DNA of 64,000 bases from Octopus sinensis (lineage: Eukaryota). The translations under genes and the position numbers were made by a program. Under the pieces are notes generated by a model. That model had not been told where the DNA came from and made no database searches. It saw nothing but the letters and a program-made list of their open reading frames with translations. The DNA lies in contig NC_043008.1 in the NCBI RefSeq assembly GCF_006345805.1, forward strand, positions 7,936,001 to 8,000,000, written 5' to 3'. Positions 42,554-56,100 of this stretch are shown here, piece after piece. Each line of letters begins with the position of its first letter. Position 1 is the stretch's first letter.

Positions 42554-42848
42554 TCCCCTTCCTCCATTTGTTCTCCTGATGTATAGGCGATCAGTGTCTG
42601 CAGGGGGCTGCTTAACTCCATGCATCATTAGGAGCTTTCTTGACTTCCGGTCCATCTCCTTTAGCTCCCCTTCTGTCCAATTCAGGATTCTAGACCTATG
42701 CCGAACTACTGCGAATGCACGTGAGGTTACTGTCGAATTGTTTCCGATATTTAGCTTTGAAGCCAATATTTTTCTCACTCGCCGCAGGTAATCTTTTCAT
42801 CTTTTCACTCGTGGTGTTTGATTCCATCTGCTTCAAGTATTCGCAGGT
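42553..42848 (-). mobile_element. R4/Dong-type LINE fragment (RT C-terminal region)
   Basis: YLRRVRKILASKLN...ILNWTEGELKEMDRKSRKLLMMHG...DRLYIRRTNGGRGLI. Confidence 0.9.
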
Positions 42849-42886
42849 ATTATTATTATTATTTTTATTATTATTATTATTATATT

Positions 42887-42970
<84 letters not shown>

Positions 42971-42972
<2 letters not shown>

Positions 42973-43410
42973 AATTATTTCCTGCTTTCTTCAAATTTTC
43001 CTCCGTTTCTCGCCGAGTGTTTCCCATACACCTAGGGCAGAGAAATGCATTGTATGCATTCCCAGATTACACGTGCAAATTCACAGATAAAATATGTATT
43101 TAAAAATTAATAAATAAATGAATTCATGGATGGATGTTATTTTCACAGAGATAGTGCTCTTCTCAGTACCTGAGCCGTTCCAGTTAATACGATTTTTTGC
43201 CCTTCCTGTAGGGATGGTGAGCCTGGAATCATTTTCAAATAGGTTTCAGAACCTTTTTTATCATTCCTAGAGATCCTACAATCACTGGTACTGTAGTCGC
43301 CTTGAGATGCCACATTTCTTTCAATTTCTATTAACAGGTCTTTATATTTACTAATCTTGTCAAATTCTTTCGCCGCTATATTGTGATCACAGGGAATACT
43401 CATGTCAATT
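42971..43410 (-). mobile_element. 5'-truncated R4/Dong-type LINE 3' end (RLE domain C-terminus and 3' UTR)
   Basis: MSIPCDHNIAAKEFDKISKYKDLLIEIER...(frameshift)...QKIVLTGTAQVLRRALSL*; (TAA)n at both ends (42849..42970 and about 43420..43450). Confidence 0.9.
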
Positions 43411-43416
43411 AATAAA

Positions 43417-43447
<31 letters not shown>

Positions 43448-45161
43448 TTATGTTTGGCTTTTGCTTTGTATTTGTACAAGTTCACTCCAAGCCTCATTAT
43501 TATTATTATCATTATCATTATTTTTTTAATAATTTTGTTGTTTTTAGCTTTTGCTCCAGCTATAACTTTGATGCTGTAAAATGAGGTATTTTTCATCCAT
43601 TTTCTTTTTAAGCTTTCACTCTACCTGATTGTTAACATTTCATTTAATAACTCATTTCCTCTTTTTAAACAATCCTCTCCATTATCGACCATACAAAAGT
43701 GACAAACCGCAATAATTTGTCACACATTTTCGATAATTACGAGGTTATTTGACTCACTTAAACAAAAGTAACAATCATTCACATATTCTTCGTGTATTTC
43801 ATTCAATCAAAAGAAACAAGAAAAACATTTAAACTCTTTAGATTCACCAAGTCAGATGTTGCAGTAGTGAACATTTTGAATGTTTTTCTTTTCTGGTCTA
43901 GTTTTTATGAATATCAATGTAATTAAGTGATTTTATTCAAAGAAAAGAAATAGTTTTATTTGGGGTACTAACGAATGTAAAGAATCTTTTATCAGCTACA
44001 AAGAATGTTTACAAGCAGGAAAATATATTTACAAGATAATGACGATAACATTGATAGCAGAAATCTCGGAACACATATAATTGTTATCGAGAGGATTATC
44101 TTTGCACTGAATTTGTTAATTAGACATATTTGCCGTAAATAGAAAAATACTTTTAAATCGTCAGGGGCATATCTCAATTTCTATTCGTTATTCTCTCTGT
44201 ATGAATTAAAAGTAGGATAAAAATAAATGAAAATAGAACAATGAACAAAGTATAGGGTAAGACAACGATATCTGCAAACAAAATACAAGTGTAAATAATG
44301 TAATTAAATGCGACATTATACATCTGTCAAACTAGGAGAGAAGAATATACATGACCTAGAAATGAAGTGAATAAGCAGGATGAAGAGATACAACACACTT
44401 ACAGAGCGCAAATAAAGTTATCCCATAGAAATAGTGCTAACTACACACTTTACGGTTTGAGGAATTTATCAAATATTTCCTTTTCCCGTTAAGTTGAGTA
44501 AATCTTGGAAGCTTCTTTGTGTGAGAATATTCTAAGAAATTTAACAATATTTTATTCCTTTTGTTTGAAAGTGGTTGTGTCTATTGATATTGTATCCTTA
44601 TTGCCGTTGTTTATACCCCATCGTGTTTCCTTCTGGACGGTAACTAGAGCTAGAATCTATAGATTTTGTTTGCTTTAAGAAGAGAACGTACTGTCAGACA
44701 AAACTGAAACCTAGTTTTAATAGGTCAATGACTACATGAGGCTACCTCGTTGGTTTGTAGTATGAAGCTGCCTTTATATTAACAATTACATATAGTATAA
44801 ATCACAGCGTTCCCAAATCAAAGGATCGATACATTTCCGAACTTCTACAATATTTTGAACGTCATTAATTAATGTGTGATGTTTTTACCATTCAGCTAGA
44901 TTCTACAAAAGAATATTATTCTCATTCAGAACGACTGTATACATAAAACATTTGCGTCATAGAGACATATATTATTTTATTGTATGCAATGCGTTCATGT
45001 GTCTCTTTATGAAATTACCATATTTTCTTTGAATTATTATTTTCTAAGGAGACGACTAGCCGTATGTAGAGAAAACGAGCTTAGTTCTTATGCTTCCAAA
45101 TATATTTCGTAACTTTTCGTGTATGGTTTATTTACAACATCATTATATAATAATAACTATA

Positions 45162-45207
<46 letters not shown>

Positions 45208-45220
45208 CACATTTCACTCC

Positions 45221-45496
45221 TCTAGAACTTCACCATTCAAACTGACAGAAAGATAGATGCGAATAGGCCAGACATCATATTGAAAGACTTCAGACAAAAA
45301 TCATGCCACCCCATTGATATGACTATCCTAATCGATATAAACGTATCTGTCAAGACATACCAGATTCTGAGCATATATAAAGATCTGGAAATAGAAATTA
45401 GCAAAATGTAGAACCTGAAAACTAAGACAATACCTGTTGTCATAGGTGCTCTGGGAATGATAGCAAAAAGAGCTGATTGCTACCTAGCTCAGATAC
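45221..45496 (+). mobile_element. R4/Dong-type LINE fragment (RLE endonuclease)
   Basis: NFTIQTDRKIDANRPDIILKD...IDMTI...YKDLEIEISKM*NLKTKTIPVVIGALGMI contains the PD-(D/E)xK-type NRPDI motif; preceded by (TAA)n at about 45140..45206. Confidence 0.9.
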
Positions 45497-45499
45497 GAG

Positions 45500-45577
45500 T
45501 TTCATCATGACAATGTGCGACCCCACACTGAAAAGACCACATCACAGAAGATCGAAGAGCTTGGTTGGGAAAAAATT
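45500..45577 (+). mobile_element. Mariner catalytic-domain fragment
   Basis: FHHDNVRPHTEKTTSQKIEELGWEK matches the mariner HDNARPH...LGWE motif. Confidence 0.8.
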
Positions 45578-46163
45578 TAAATATTAGTAATAATCCATTA
45601 GCCCACTTTCCAAAATATATGGATTTGCATATATACTGCACCTGATGAATGTCGCTGTTCTTCATATTATAATAATAATAAAAATAATAAACCTATCAAC
45701 ATACAGACGGATAGTTACATAGGTTATAACAACAGACAAGCATACATACGCAAATGGAGACTGACACACATGACCATATACGCACATGCACTTTACTCCA
45801 CACAAGGACACATATGAAGACATGGATCTACACATATAGAGATGCACATCCATTCATACATACACACATGGTACATAGTTGCATAACACACACACATGCA
45901 CACGCGAAAAAAAACGCAGTGTAAATAACGAACAGAGTCAAGACTATTGAAAAGGTTGCAAGACGCAACGAAAATTTTAGGAAAATAAAAATAAATAACT
46001 GGGAATTTTACCGGTGAGTGTTATATTATAAGGCCCAAAAAGAAAATGACTCTCCACACACAGTAGAATATGCTTTAACACACGAATTCATATAAAGAGT
46101 CTTGCAAACCAAATCCAAAAACGAAAAGTAAAAATAATAATATTAATAATAATAATAATAATA

Positions 46164-46199
<36 letters not shown>

Positions 46200-47182
46200 T
46201 GTAATGGCTTGTTACTAATATTTGGCTGTTACTTCATGCACTGACTATGGAATATAACAGCCAGGATCCTGGAACATTTTAACAGAAATCACTTCAACGG
46301 ATGCACGAAAGATTCTGAAATTACAACAGTAATGCTATCCACTTGTAACTTTACACTTGTAACTTTGCTGCTTTTCCGATTTTGTTTGTACCAAAATTTT
46401 CTGAAACTTTCTGAATTGCTTTTCTACCATTTTAGGTTTCGAATCTTTCTCGAAAAACTTTATTTAATAAATAATTATTTGTTACTCCATTCTGCATTAC
46501 TGTCCTTCACTAATCTCAGATAACCGATTGATATTAATTTTTCCTGGACATTTCCAGAATGTTTGCATTTATATATTTCTCTATAATTTAGGACATTTTT
46601 ACTTCGATTTTTCAGGATTAAAGAAATTAACGTTAATTTAAGTATTGACAATATATGCAATATATATACGATTAAAAAATGAAAGTATGTTAAACAGATT
46701 GCGAAAATGAACAATAGTAATCAACGCTTAATACGATTTTCTATTTCTCTGTAAGTTTATGGTGGGAGGAATGCTTCTGGATATGCTTCTGTCTTTTTTC
46801 TCACGTCATCAATGAAGTATGGCTGCCGCCTGATTGATGGAGTAGGAAAGAAAAGATCAACAAAGAATTTATTAAAAAATGTAAATTTTATGTAGAAGGA
46901 GACAATGTTTCTTTTAAAATTGGACAGTTCTGTGGAAAACAATAGATACGTGTGTGTTATCATGTTTTATGCATGGAGCACATATAGGTTGTACGAAAAT
47001 GAAGTATGTTGGGAAAATAAAAAGAAAGAATTGGCGACTAGTATTATGTATTAGCTTTCTTTCAAGTACAAGAGACAATTCTGTTTCTAATTATCTTCAG
47101 CGACCTTACAGAGTTTGCTGTTTTTGATCTGTTGCTATTATATCTGATCATAGTACGTTTATGATATCGTTAATTTCCGCAG

Positions 47183-47461
47183 AGACGGTAGCAGACGATG
47201 CCACAATGGCGACCACGACTGTTAACGCTGTATTCCTCAAAAGCACCCTTTTGCCGAGTAGCATGACTACAAGCACCAGAACAAAAACGTTATCCGCTAT
47301 CGTTACCACCGCTACCAATAAATCCACTGCAGCATCCAAAGACCACTGCCATTCCTAATACAACCAATGCAACCGTTGGTACCACCATGTCCTCTACCAC
47401 AACAGCTTCCACTAACACCAACAACAGCGCCCACCATAACCACCACTATTCTCTGCATTAA
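47183..47461 (+). pseudogene. Frameshifted Thr/Ser/Ala-rich (mucin-like) exon remnant
   Basis: Acceptor TTTCCGCAG| at 47182; ETVADDATMATTTV...TTATNKSTAAS, then +1 shift KTTAIPNTTNATVGTTMSSTTTASTN, then another shift PTTAPTITTT. Confidence 0.45.
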
Positions 47462-50288
47462 ATTAATACCAGACACATAAAGTTAATCGAATTTTTAAAA
47501 GTTTGGCATTTACAAAAAATGGATCGTTTTAAACAAAGAAAGTGATTGATATATTAAATGGAAGTGTGTGCTGATAGTTACTTAAGTGTCAGTTCATTGG
47601 GTAATAACTCGTTCATGTTACCAAGTGTAAATAGAATTGTGTTGTGAGCGTTTGGAAAGGGATAAATTCCACGAGACGCGTATATCGATAGAGAACGAAA
47701 GTTTCCTTCATTTTCCAACATACCTGAACCAGCAACTGTCAAAAACTGATGGATATGCCATCAGAAATAGTCATATGCTGGATGGTGATGGTGATCATCG
47801 GAGGAGATAAGGAAGACATAGAATCTCGCTCTCGCTCTCTCTCTCTCTCTCTCTCTCGAATGAGATACGTCTAGGATATATCCAAAAACAAAGGTATGTT
47901 AGAAAACATCTCCGAAAATACAGTAAAATGCACACTGAGATAAGGACGGAGAGGAAATGAAAAACATGGAGCATATGAGCACTTAGGAATTAAACGAAAT
48001 ACGATATACAATTAAACTGGGGAATTTCAAAGCATTCTTCGCTTGAAGGTCCTGATAGGGAGTCATAAAATTTTACTGGATGTGTTCCCAAGAGATGTCG
48101 GAATCTCGAAGTGGGAGTTCCTTCCACCATCATTCTCTGCGGAATAAGATCTTTGGAATAAAACTTCAAAAACCAAAAGAATATTTTGTCAACTCAGATG
48201 AAAGGTATATACCGAAATTTCTATTTTCTTCTCCGATAAACACGGTCGCAGTGTGATTATGAAATATAAATTACGTGCAACCAAGTGGCTGGAAATAGTG
48301 TCATTTGTATAACGACTTCAGATTATTAGATATATGCACAGCATTCTTCTAATAAACTCCGATTTTCAGCTCTATCGCTTACAGCGTAAAATTACGTAGA
48401 GATGAACACATCTTTCTATGCAACAGATTCTATTACGATAGCAGTACTGATTTGCAAATATCTGGATACCGAGATATCATTTTCGTAGCCTTAGATGGTA
48501 ATTTGTTTATCCGGAAGGTGAAGATTAGCAAAGCCACATCTACGCTAATAATCGTTCATTCGCTCATCTCTGTGGTTTTACATTTCGATTAGTCAGTATT
48601 GCTGGTGGGCAACGGAAATGGCGTCATAATGCAGTCATATAGTATTCTTTGCCGTTGTTCACGCGGGATCAGTTTGTTTTCCAGGAGTAAGTATAAACTC
48701 TAAATCATATTTTCTTGTTGCAGATATTCTTGTCTTTTCACATTTAGCGACTTTTCTTTACTCTTTCTCGGCAAAATCAAACTTTTGTTTCAGAAATGTT
48801 TCATTTTCTTCGCCACACTGATCTGAAAAAAATATTCAAATCAGATGATCTATATTATTTTCGTTATCAAAAAGCGAAGATTTCTTTGCTTCCTGAGCAC
48901 AATCTTTGATTGTGGGGCATCCATAATTTAGTCCGAAAACGCAGAGATGAGGTACTATTGGTGCGTTTAATTCTGTTTATATAATCATGCATGATTACAT
49001 AGAATTTAAAATAGAACAATGACAAACTTGATAACAAGTTTATCTTCACATGTCTCGAACTGTTTTGGCGTGACTATTCATTACGCTTGCTCTTTTAGCA
49101 GAGCGGAAATAACGAGTAAAGTTAGTAATATTCAGGAAATATATTCAATGAATTAGAACATATTATTGAACATCAGTATTATAGATTTTGTTATATAGCA
49201 AATCTTAAAACACGACAAGTATAAAGAATGACTAAGTGGGAAAATACCATGGAAAAGGCAGTGCAATCTAAGCATACTTAATTTCCCTACAATAACAGCT
49301 GAACAAGGAGGTAATTTGTTCAGCTTCATACAAAGTTGAGAGCTTATAACGAACTTACAGACCGTTGTCATTCTGTTTATCTAATCAACGTCTTTGAATC
49401 ATAATATACATTGTAAAATAATGATTTCGTTGTAAAGTAGTCGTCTTCTGAATCATAAGGGAGTAACGTATAGACCTTCCAGCGGCGATACCTAACATAA
49501 ATTTGTCTTTTGGAACCATGCGAAATAAGATGTTTTGCTCCAAAATACATTTCCTTCGTATTTATTATTCTTATCAAATCTTCTAATTATATTTGTAAAT
49601 GATATAACACAACTCACTCCCGTCACAAAAAAAAAAATTAATAAATTCCAATTGCAGACTGTATGGAAATTAGAACCTAGATATCCTGAAATTTCTGAAA
49701 AATCTACTATCACCACGAAAACAAATTTAATTATGCTTTACCAAAAATGTCTGTCATTTCTCTCAATACAAAAAATTCTCTCATTTTGTGCTGATGTGGA
49801 TAAAATAAATCATAAGCTATTTCTAATTTGATATATAAAAAGCAATAAGTTTGAGAGAGTCTTCACTGATTTTGCTTTAATGAGTTAAATAAGGAGACTT
49901 GTTACAGCTATTTCATTTCGGGTGTAGTGCTGTCATTTCAAATAGGAGATAACTTCTACGAAAAACGATCCCAGATACACATTACGTTTTATATCAATGA
50001 ATAACGATCACAATAGAAAGTTTGCAAGTTTATACTTTTGCGATTTTTCTCATTTCTCTCCACCTGTGTATATCATTTCATTTGCTTGGTATTTGCTGTC
50101 TGTCTTGTGATTAATTCCTACGCTGTGGCTTTTATATAAGTTCACCAACCTTTTCGAAGAGCTACATATCTAGGGCTACATTGAATATTTCATAATCATT
50201 GCGTGTTTGTACAATGTCCTATGTTCCCTGTACTGAACGAATACACACACACACATACATATATATATTTATATATATATATAAAGAG

Positions 50289-50338
<50 letters not shown>

Positions 50339-50390
50339 TATATATATATGTGTGTGTATGTGTGTGTGTGTATATATATATATATACATA

Positions 50391-50798
50391 TACTCTTCTT
50401 TACTCTTTTACTTGTTTCAGTCATATGACTGCGGCCGTGCTGGAGCACCGCCTTTAATCGAGCAACTCGACGCCGGGACCTATTCTTTTGTAAGCCCAGT
50501 ACTTATTCTATCGGTCTCTTTTGCCGAACCGCTAAGTAACGGGGACATAAACACACCAGCATCTGTTGTCAAGCAATGCTAGGGGGACATACATATACAC
50601 ACAAACACACACACGCATATATAAATATACATATATACGATGGGCTTCTTTGAGTTTCCGTCTACCAATTCCACTCACAAGGCTTTGGTCGGCCCCAGGC
50701 TATAGTAGAAGACACCCGCCCAAGGTGCCACGCAGTGGGACTGAACCCGGAACCATGTGGTTGGTAAGCAAGCTACTTACTACACAGCCACTCCTGCG

Positions 50799-50800
<2 letters not shown>
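50391..50800 (-). mobile_element. Full-length, young-looking tRNA-derived SINE (family A)
   Basis: Head GGCGCAGGAGTGGCTGTGTAGTAAG...GGTTCAGTCCC, short central CA/TA tract, full 3' half ending GAAACAAGTAAAAGAGTAAAAGAAGAGTA; (AT)n-type tracts on both sides. Confidence 0.92.
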
Positions 50801-50845
<45 letters not shown>

Positions 50846-52443
50846 TATAATTCATCCTTGTAAAGGCTTGCTAGGCTCTATTTTCCTTCGTCATCGGTGT
50901 GTTTACATAATCTTCTAAGTTGCCCTCACAGCCTTCCCATTCGCGAATTCTTTTATTTATATTGTTTTAGTTTAGAAAAAAGTTATATATATTGTTATTT
51001 AAATAGATATAACATCAGGTATAGAAAATCGTATAATTTGAAATAAGAGAAAATGCACGATAATATTTTTCTAAGAATCCCGTAGAATATTATATTATGT
51101 ACCTATATGCAAGTAAATGTAATAGAAAATTATAAATTTATTAAACTGTCTCTGATAGGATTCAACAGCATACATCATATGAATTGATAACTATCGTGAA
51201 ACTTAAACTGTGTGAAATGTCATCAATTGCATAACCGCTTATGATCAGTACTAAAGAATATATATTTTGTAACATATTGTAAGTTATCACGCCCAGTACA
51301 TCTGCACGCAGATTAAGTAGTTTTAATGAGAAAGTGTATGATAGTTATATGATACATATAAACACGATCGTATTGTAAAAATTTTATTGGAAAAAAAAGC
51401 TAAAATCATTCTTCAAAACGTGTTTTGCAAGGGTCACAAATAGTTTATTTGATATTTCAAACTAAACATAATTGTATTCTAATACACCACAATAGATATG
51501 GCGCCAGGACTTGATTACCAAATATTGTAATGCTATTTCAATTTCTTTTATTAGTGAAATTAAGACATAAATTTAATTCCCTAGAATATTAATTTATTTA
51601 CATTAGAAAATATAATGAAAGTTCTCCATTTAACGAAAAGTAATGCGTCACATGTTTGATATTTCCTCGTATATTTGTCTCTCAAGTTCTCAAACAATTG
51701 TTCTATTTTTTTTAGTCTTTCAACGTAGATATACACGTGTGCGTTTATGGGTGCACACATAAACATATATATATATATATATATATATAAGAATGAATGT
51801 TTTTATATATAATGAACGTGAAATACAGGAAGGGACGAACACGGAACACAGACAAATCATTCGAAGCCTTCAATCTTCAGTCAGACACCGAATCATCATA
51901 GCAAATTTCGGCTGTTCAATTCTGATATTTGCTCCAACTCGGCCAGCCCCAAGAAAAAAAACTAAGCTGTAAGCATTATATTTCTTGGTAGAAGACAGGA
52001 ATGTGAACGCACAAGACGGATGTAAATACAAGAGACGAAAACGAAATTGAAAACAGTAATGAATAAACAAAATATATATAACGGTGGTTGTCATACGACT
52101 TTAGACCAAATGAGACAAAAACAACAACATAGCAGCTGGCGTAGAAATAATTACCGTTTCGGTAGCGGGGACACATGTTGGTCGAGATACGATGGCCACA
52201 GAATGGTTAAGAAGCAGCAGGTTGCAGGAGAGAGAGAGAAAGAGAGACAGAGAGAGAGGGAATCAAAGAGGGTGGAAGGCAGGGGACAGAATCAGTGACC
52301 AAGAGAAAAGGAGAAAGAAGGGATTAAGGAGGATGGGAGGAAGAGGGGAGGAGGATGGGAGGAAGAGGGGGGAAGAATCGGAGGGCGCCAAAATAGTTTG
52401 GTGAAGAAGCAATGGCGGGTAGGAAAGACAGTATATATATATA

Positions 52444-52509
<66 letters not shown>

Positions 52510-52650
52510 GCATCAATAAGCATGCATGTGTGTATGTATGTATCGATGAAGAGACATTTATATATATTGAACACAAAGAAATAGTAATCGTGAATTTATA
52601 TACGGTTTACAAGATGAATATATTCATATTTCAATATTACCCGGATAAAA

Positions 52651-52760
52651 GGCGGTGAGATGGCATGAATTTAGAACCTCGGACAAAATGGTTAGCTGCA
52701 TTTCGTCCGTCTTTACGTTCTGAGTTGGAGTATAACCAAGGTCGACTTTACCAGTTAGTA
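52651..52760 (+). mobile_element. SINE head fragment (family B)
   Basis: GGCGGTGAGATGGCA...TACGTTCTGAGTT...GGTCGACTTT; its reverse complement matches 4961..5173. Confidence 0.7.
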
Positions 52761-54329
52761 CTCTCTTCCGAAATTAATTTTGCTTTGTGTTAAAATTTGA
52801 AATCAATATTCTCAAGGCGAATAACGCGATCATTAACACACCTTTGACTAGCCAGCAGTATATGTCCTGTGAATGACACAATCAGATAAATTATTAATGG
52901 ATTATCGTATTTCCTGTTATGTAACTTTTTATGCAGATTATACATAGCTAAAGTGATAATGCGGAGGGAAAATGTGCATTCTTAGTGTACCGAAAGCTTG
53001 ATATGACTAGAAACTAGCCGAACACTTGCTTGTTTCTTTTGCAGCGTGTATATAAATATCACAGCTGCAACCATTCAAGTTTATTTTTCACAACGTTTTT
53101 AAATATTGTTTTGTTTTTCGTTCTTTTTAAGGCACATGCCAAAGATTAAGCGAATTCCATTATGTAGAAGCTTATCGAATGGCGTTAACAGAATAAAGTA
53201 TCATGGATGCATATAAATTTCCTAGTTGCTTTAAATGAGACAAGAACCCAAGTTTATTCACGTGCAGCTCAGAAAGAAACAGGAAATATCCATAAAATAA
53301 AATTGAAACACTTACGCTTCAGGAAAAATATGTGATTTAACATAAAAGGCATTCACAGCAGAGGAAATGTTACGGTCATAATGCAAATTCAGTGGCACAG
53401 ACACTAAAACTGCATGGCGAATGTGTAGAGAAAAATGGTTTACGAATAGATTTTAGCAAACAGAAATTTGCATCTTAAAACAAAATCAGTTAATTGAATT
53501 AGCTCAAATATGGCAGTGAAATTTCTTGAGGAAATCGAGTATATATGGATGTAATGAATGGTGTACGTAAGAAACACATAATGAATTGAACATTTTCACT
53601 TAACTGGTGAAAGGAAATAAAAACCCAATGGCATACACTATCGATTCACAAGCAAAAGTGAAATAAAGTTTAATGCACTAAAGTAAATTTGTCTTTGAAT
53701 AACAGATGAGATTTTTCTTATAACAGCTTTATTAGTTATTACAAGTAAGTCTTAATTTATTTCAATTATTTCTTCTCTTTTAGTTTGCCGCTAACAAACG
53801 CCTCTAAAATTTTACATTCAATTATATGAAAAAAATATTCCCTGAAATTTCGTTGCGTGCATCATTCACATTATTGAATATAAATAATATATTTCTCTCA
53901 CTGCAAATGACTTACATGAGACAAATTTTATTTAGTCACTTTGTTATTATCTATGGTGTAGCTCAGTAAAATTCGTCAATTGATTTTCCTTTTAGTAATA
54001 TTCAATGGTTATTCCTGGTGGGTTTGTTGCAATTAACATATACAGTAACACTGATTAATTATTCAGGTAGCATGACTATTTGCTTTTTAAATGATCGCTG
54101 TAATATTTTTCTCCTATTAATTTACTGCGTTTTTAAATCTGATGAAAGATTGTTTAATCATCTTCTGGAAATATCCGTGTTCTTAAAAATTATTCAAATA
54201 AGTTAATTTGTATATTCATATCTATGGATTGTAGCTTACAAGAATATTTCCATTAGTTTTAGCTTGCTTTTCACTCTCTCCCAGTCTCTCTCACTCTCAC
54301 TCTCTCTACCTGTATGCATATACATATAT

Positions 54330-54347
54330 TTGTATGTATGTGTATGT

Positions 54348-54417
<70 letters not shown>

Positions 54418-54542
54418 ATATGTATGTATGTATATATGTATGTATGTATATATATATGCATGTATATGTATATATATGCATGTGTGTATATATATACCTA
54501 TATATGTATCTCTGTCCACATACACATATATGCATGCATATA

Positions 54543-54582
<40 letters not shown>
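54330..54582. repeat. Compound (AT)n/(ATGT)n microsatellite
   Basis: Direct reading. Confidence 0.95.
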
Positions 54583-54584
<2 letters not shown>

Positions 54585-55256
54585 TATTACAAATTTGTGT
54601 AAATGTGTATAGAATAAGATAACAGTTGAATAAATTTATAACATGGTCTGGTTTTCACATTTTTTAAATTAAATATATTCATTTACAATGTTGAAGTGTA
54701 TTAAACATTAAAGAAATATTTTGTAATATTCATACAGTTCAAGTGGCGCTTTCATACGTTTGTAGTAATCATCAGATTTCAGAATATATTTAACTGACAT
54801 TCAGGTCTTGACAACTGTAGGAACATTACTGATATCTTCATTTTTATACCTCATAGAAGGCTCCAACAAGATGGATTTTCGAATGCTCTTTTGACCAATC
54901 CGCATGCAGCTTAATCGACTGTTTCTTGGGCGTACTTATATCACCGGCTTACGATTCGCCTTTAATTAGCGTACGGTTTATATGTAATTGTGTTATGAGT
55001 GATGAAACTTTGTTGGTTTCGATTGTTTTATTTCAGTTGGTCTTCTCCAAGGACCAAAGACCAACAATGGTCCTTGATATGAGGAGACCCATACCCATGA
55101 TGAAAAAATGAGGAGAAACGGTGCACCCAGTTATAATACCTTTCTCAAGGTCTTGCCACCGAGTTGTAAAATTGGTTGTTCTCAAACGGAATTGGATACC
55201 TTCAAAATAACTGCTGATTATTTCCTTAATATGCAGCTCAATATGATAACAGTCAT

Positions 55257-55315
<59 letters not shown>

Positions 55316-55320
55316 TATAT

Positions 55321-55380
55321 TGGTGCTCCAGCATGACCACAGTCAAATGACTGAAACTAGTAAAAGGATAAAAGGAAAAG
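55321..55380 (+). mobile_element. Short SINE 3' terminal fragment (family A)
   Basis: TGGTGCTCCAGCATGACCACAGTCAAATGACTGAAAC. Confidence 0.8.
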
Positions 55381-55878
55381 GAAGGATATATTTACTTTTG
55401 TATGCATGTAAGTATGTATGTATCCATGTATGTATGTATGTTTGTATGTAACTGATAGTTACTGATAAAGTGTATACGTTTTCCATTTTACTTGTTAAAA
55501 AGATACCATTCCTCGATCTCAATCCACATAACTGATTATATAATTCATTTAGCGTGACGAGTTTTGTCAAAACAATGTATCGCATGGATTATTTCCGAAT
55601 ACAAATCAGTAGTCGCTTTCTCAGAAATAAGAAATAAAACGTCTTTACTTACTTTCTATTGCAGTTTTATCGATTTCGGTTTCTAATCATATATATTTTT
55701 ATTAATATTTAAAATTTACCGAGTGTTTCCATGAAATAAATTTCTACCTTCGTAAGTGTATAACTTTATAGATGACATTTGTCCTTCTTTCTTTATGTCA
55801 TTTATTATATTAATCATTTAAAATAATATTAAGTTATATTTTAAAATTATATAATATAAATAATTTTATCATATATAT

Positions 55879-55961
<83 letters not shown>

Positions 55962-56061
55962 TATATATACGTACGTGTGTGTGCACGTGCTTTTGTGGAT
56001 AGAATATATACATACAATATGTATACGTACATTTAGTATATATATAAATTTAGTGTGTATG

Positions 56062-56100
<39 letters not shown>

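Noticed and set aside
47070-47105. Minus-strand CTGAAGA TAATTA GAAAC AGAATT GTC
   Set aside because: Stem II is only 2 bp with a 2-nt loop and stem I does not pair.
49377-49716. Hydrophobic ORF followed by LYVTPL*FRRRL, a possible third GPCR remnant
   Set aside because: No TM3 or other diagnostic motif in register.
55035-55250. Acceptor-like site and an ORF with faint LINE RT-thumb resemblance
   Set aside because: The similarity is too weak to assign and an in-frame stop occurs early.
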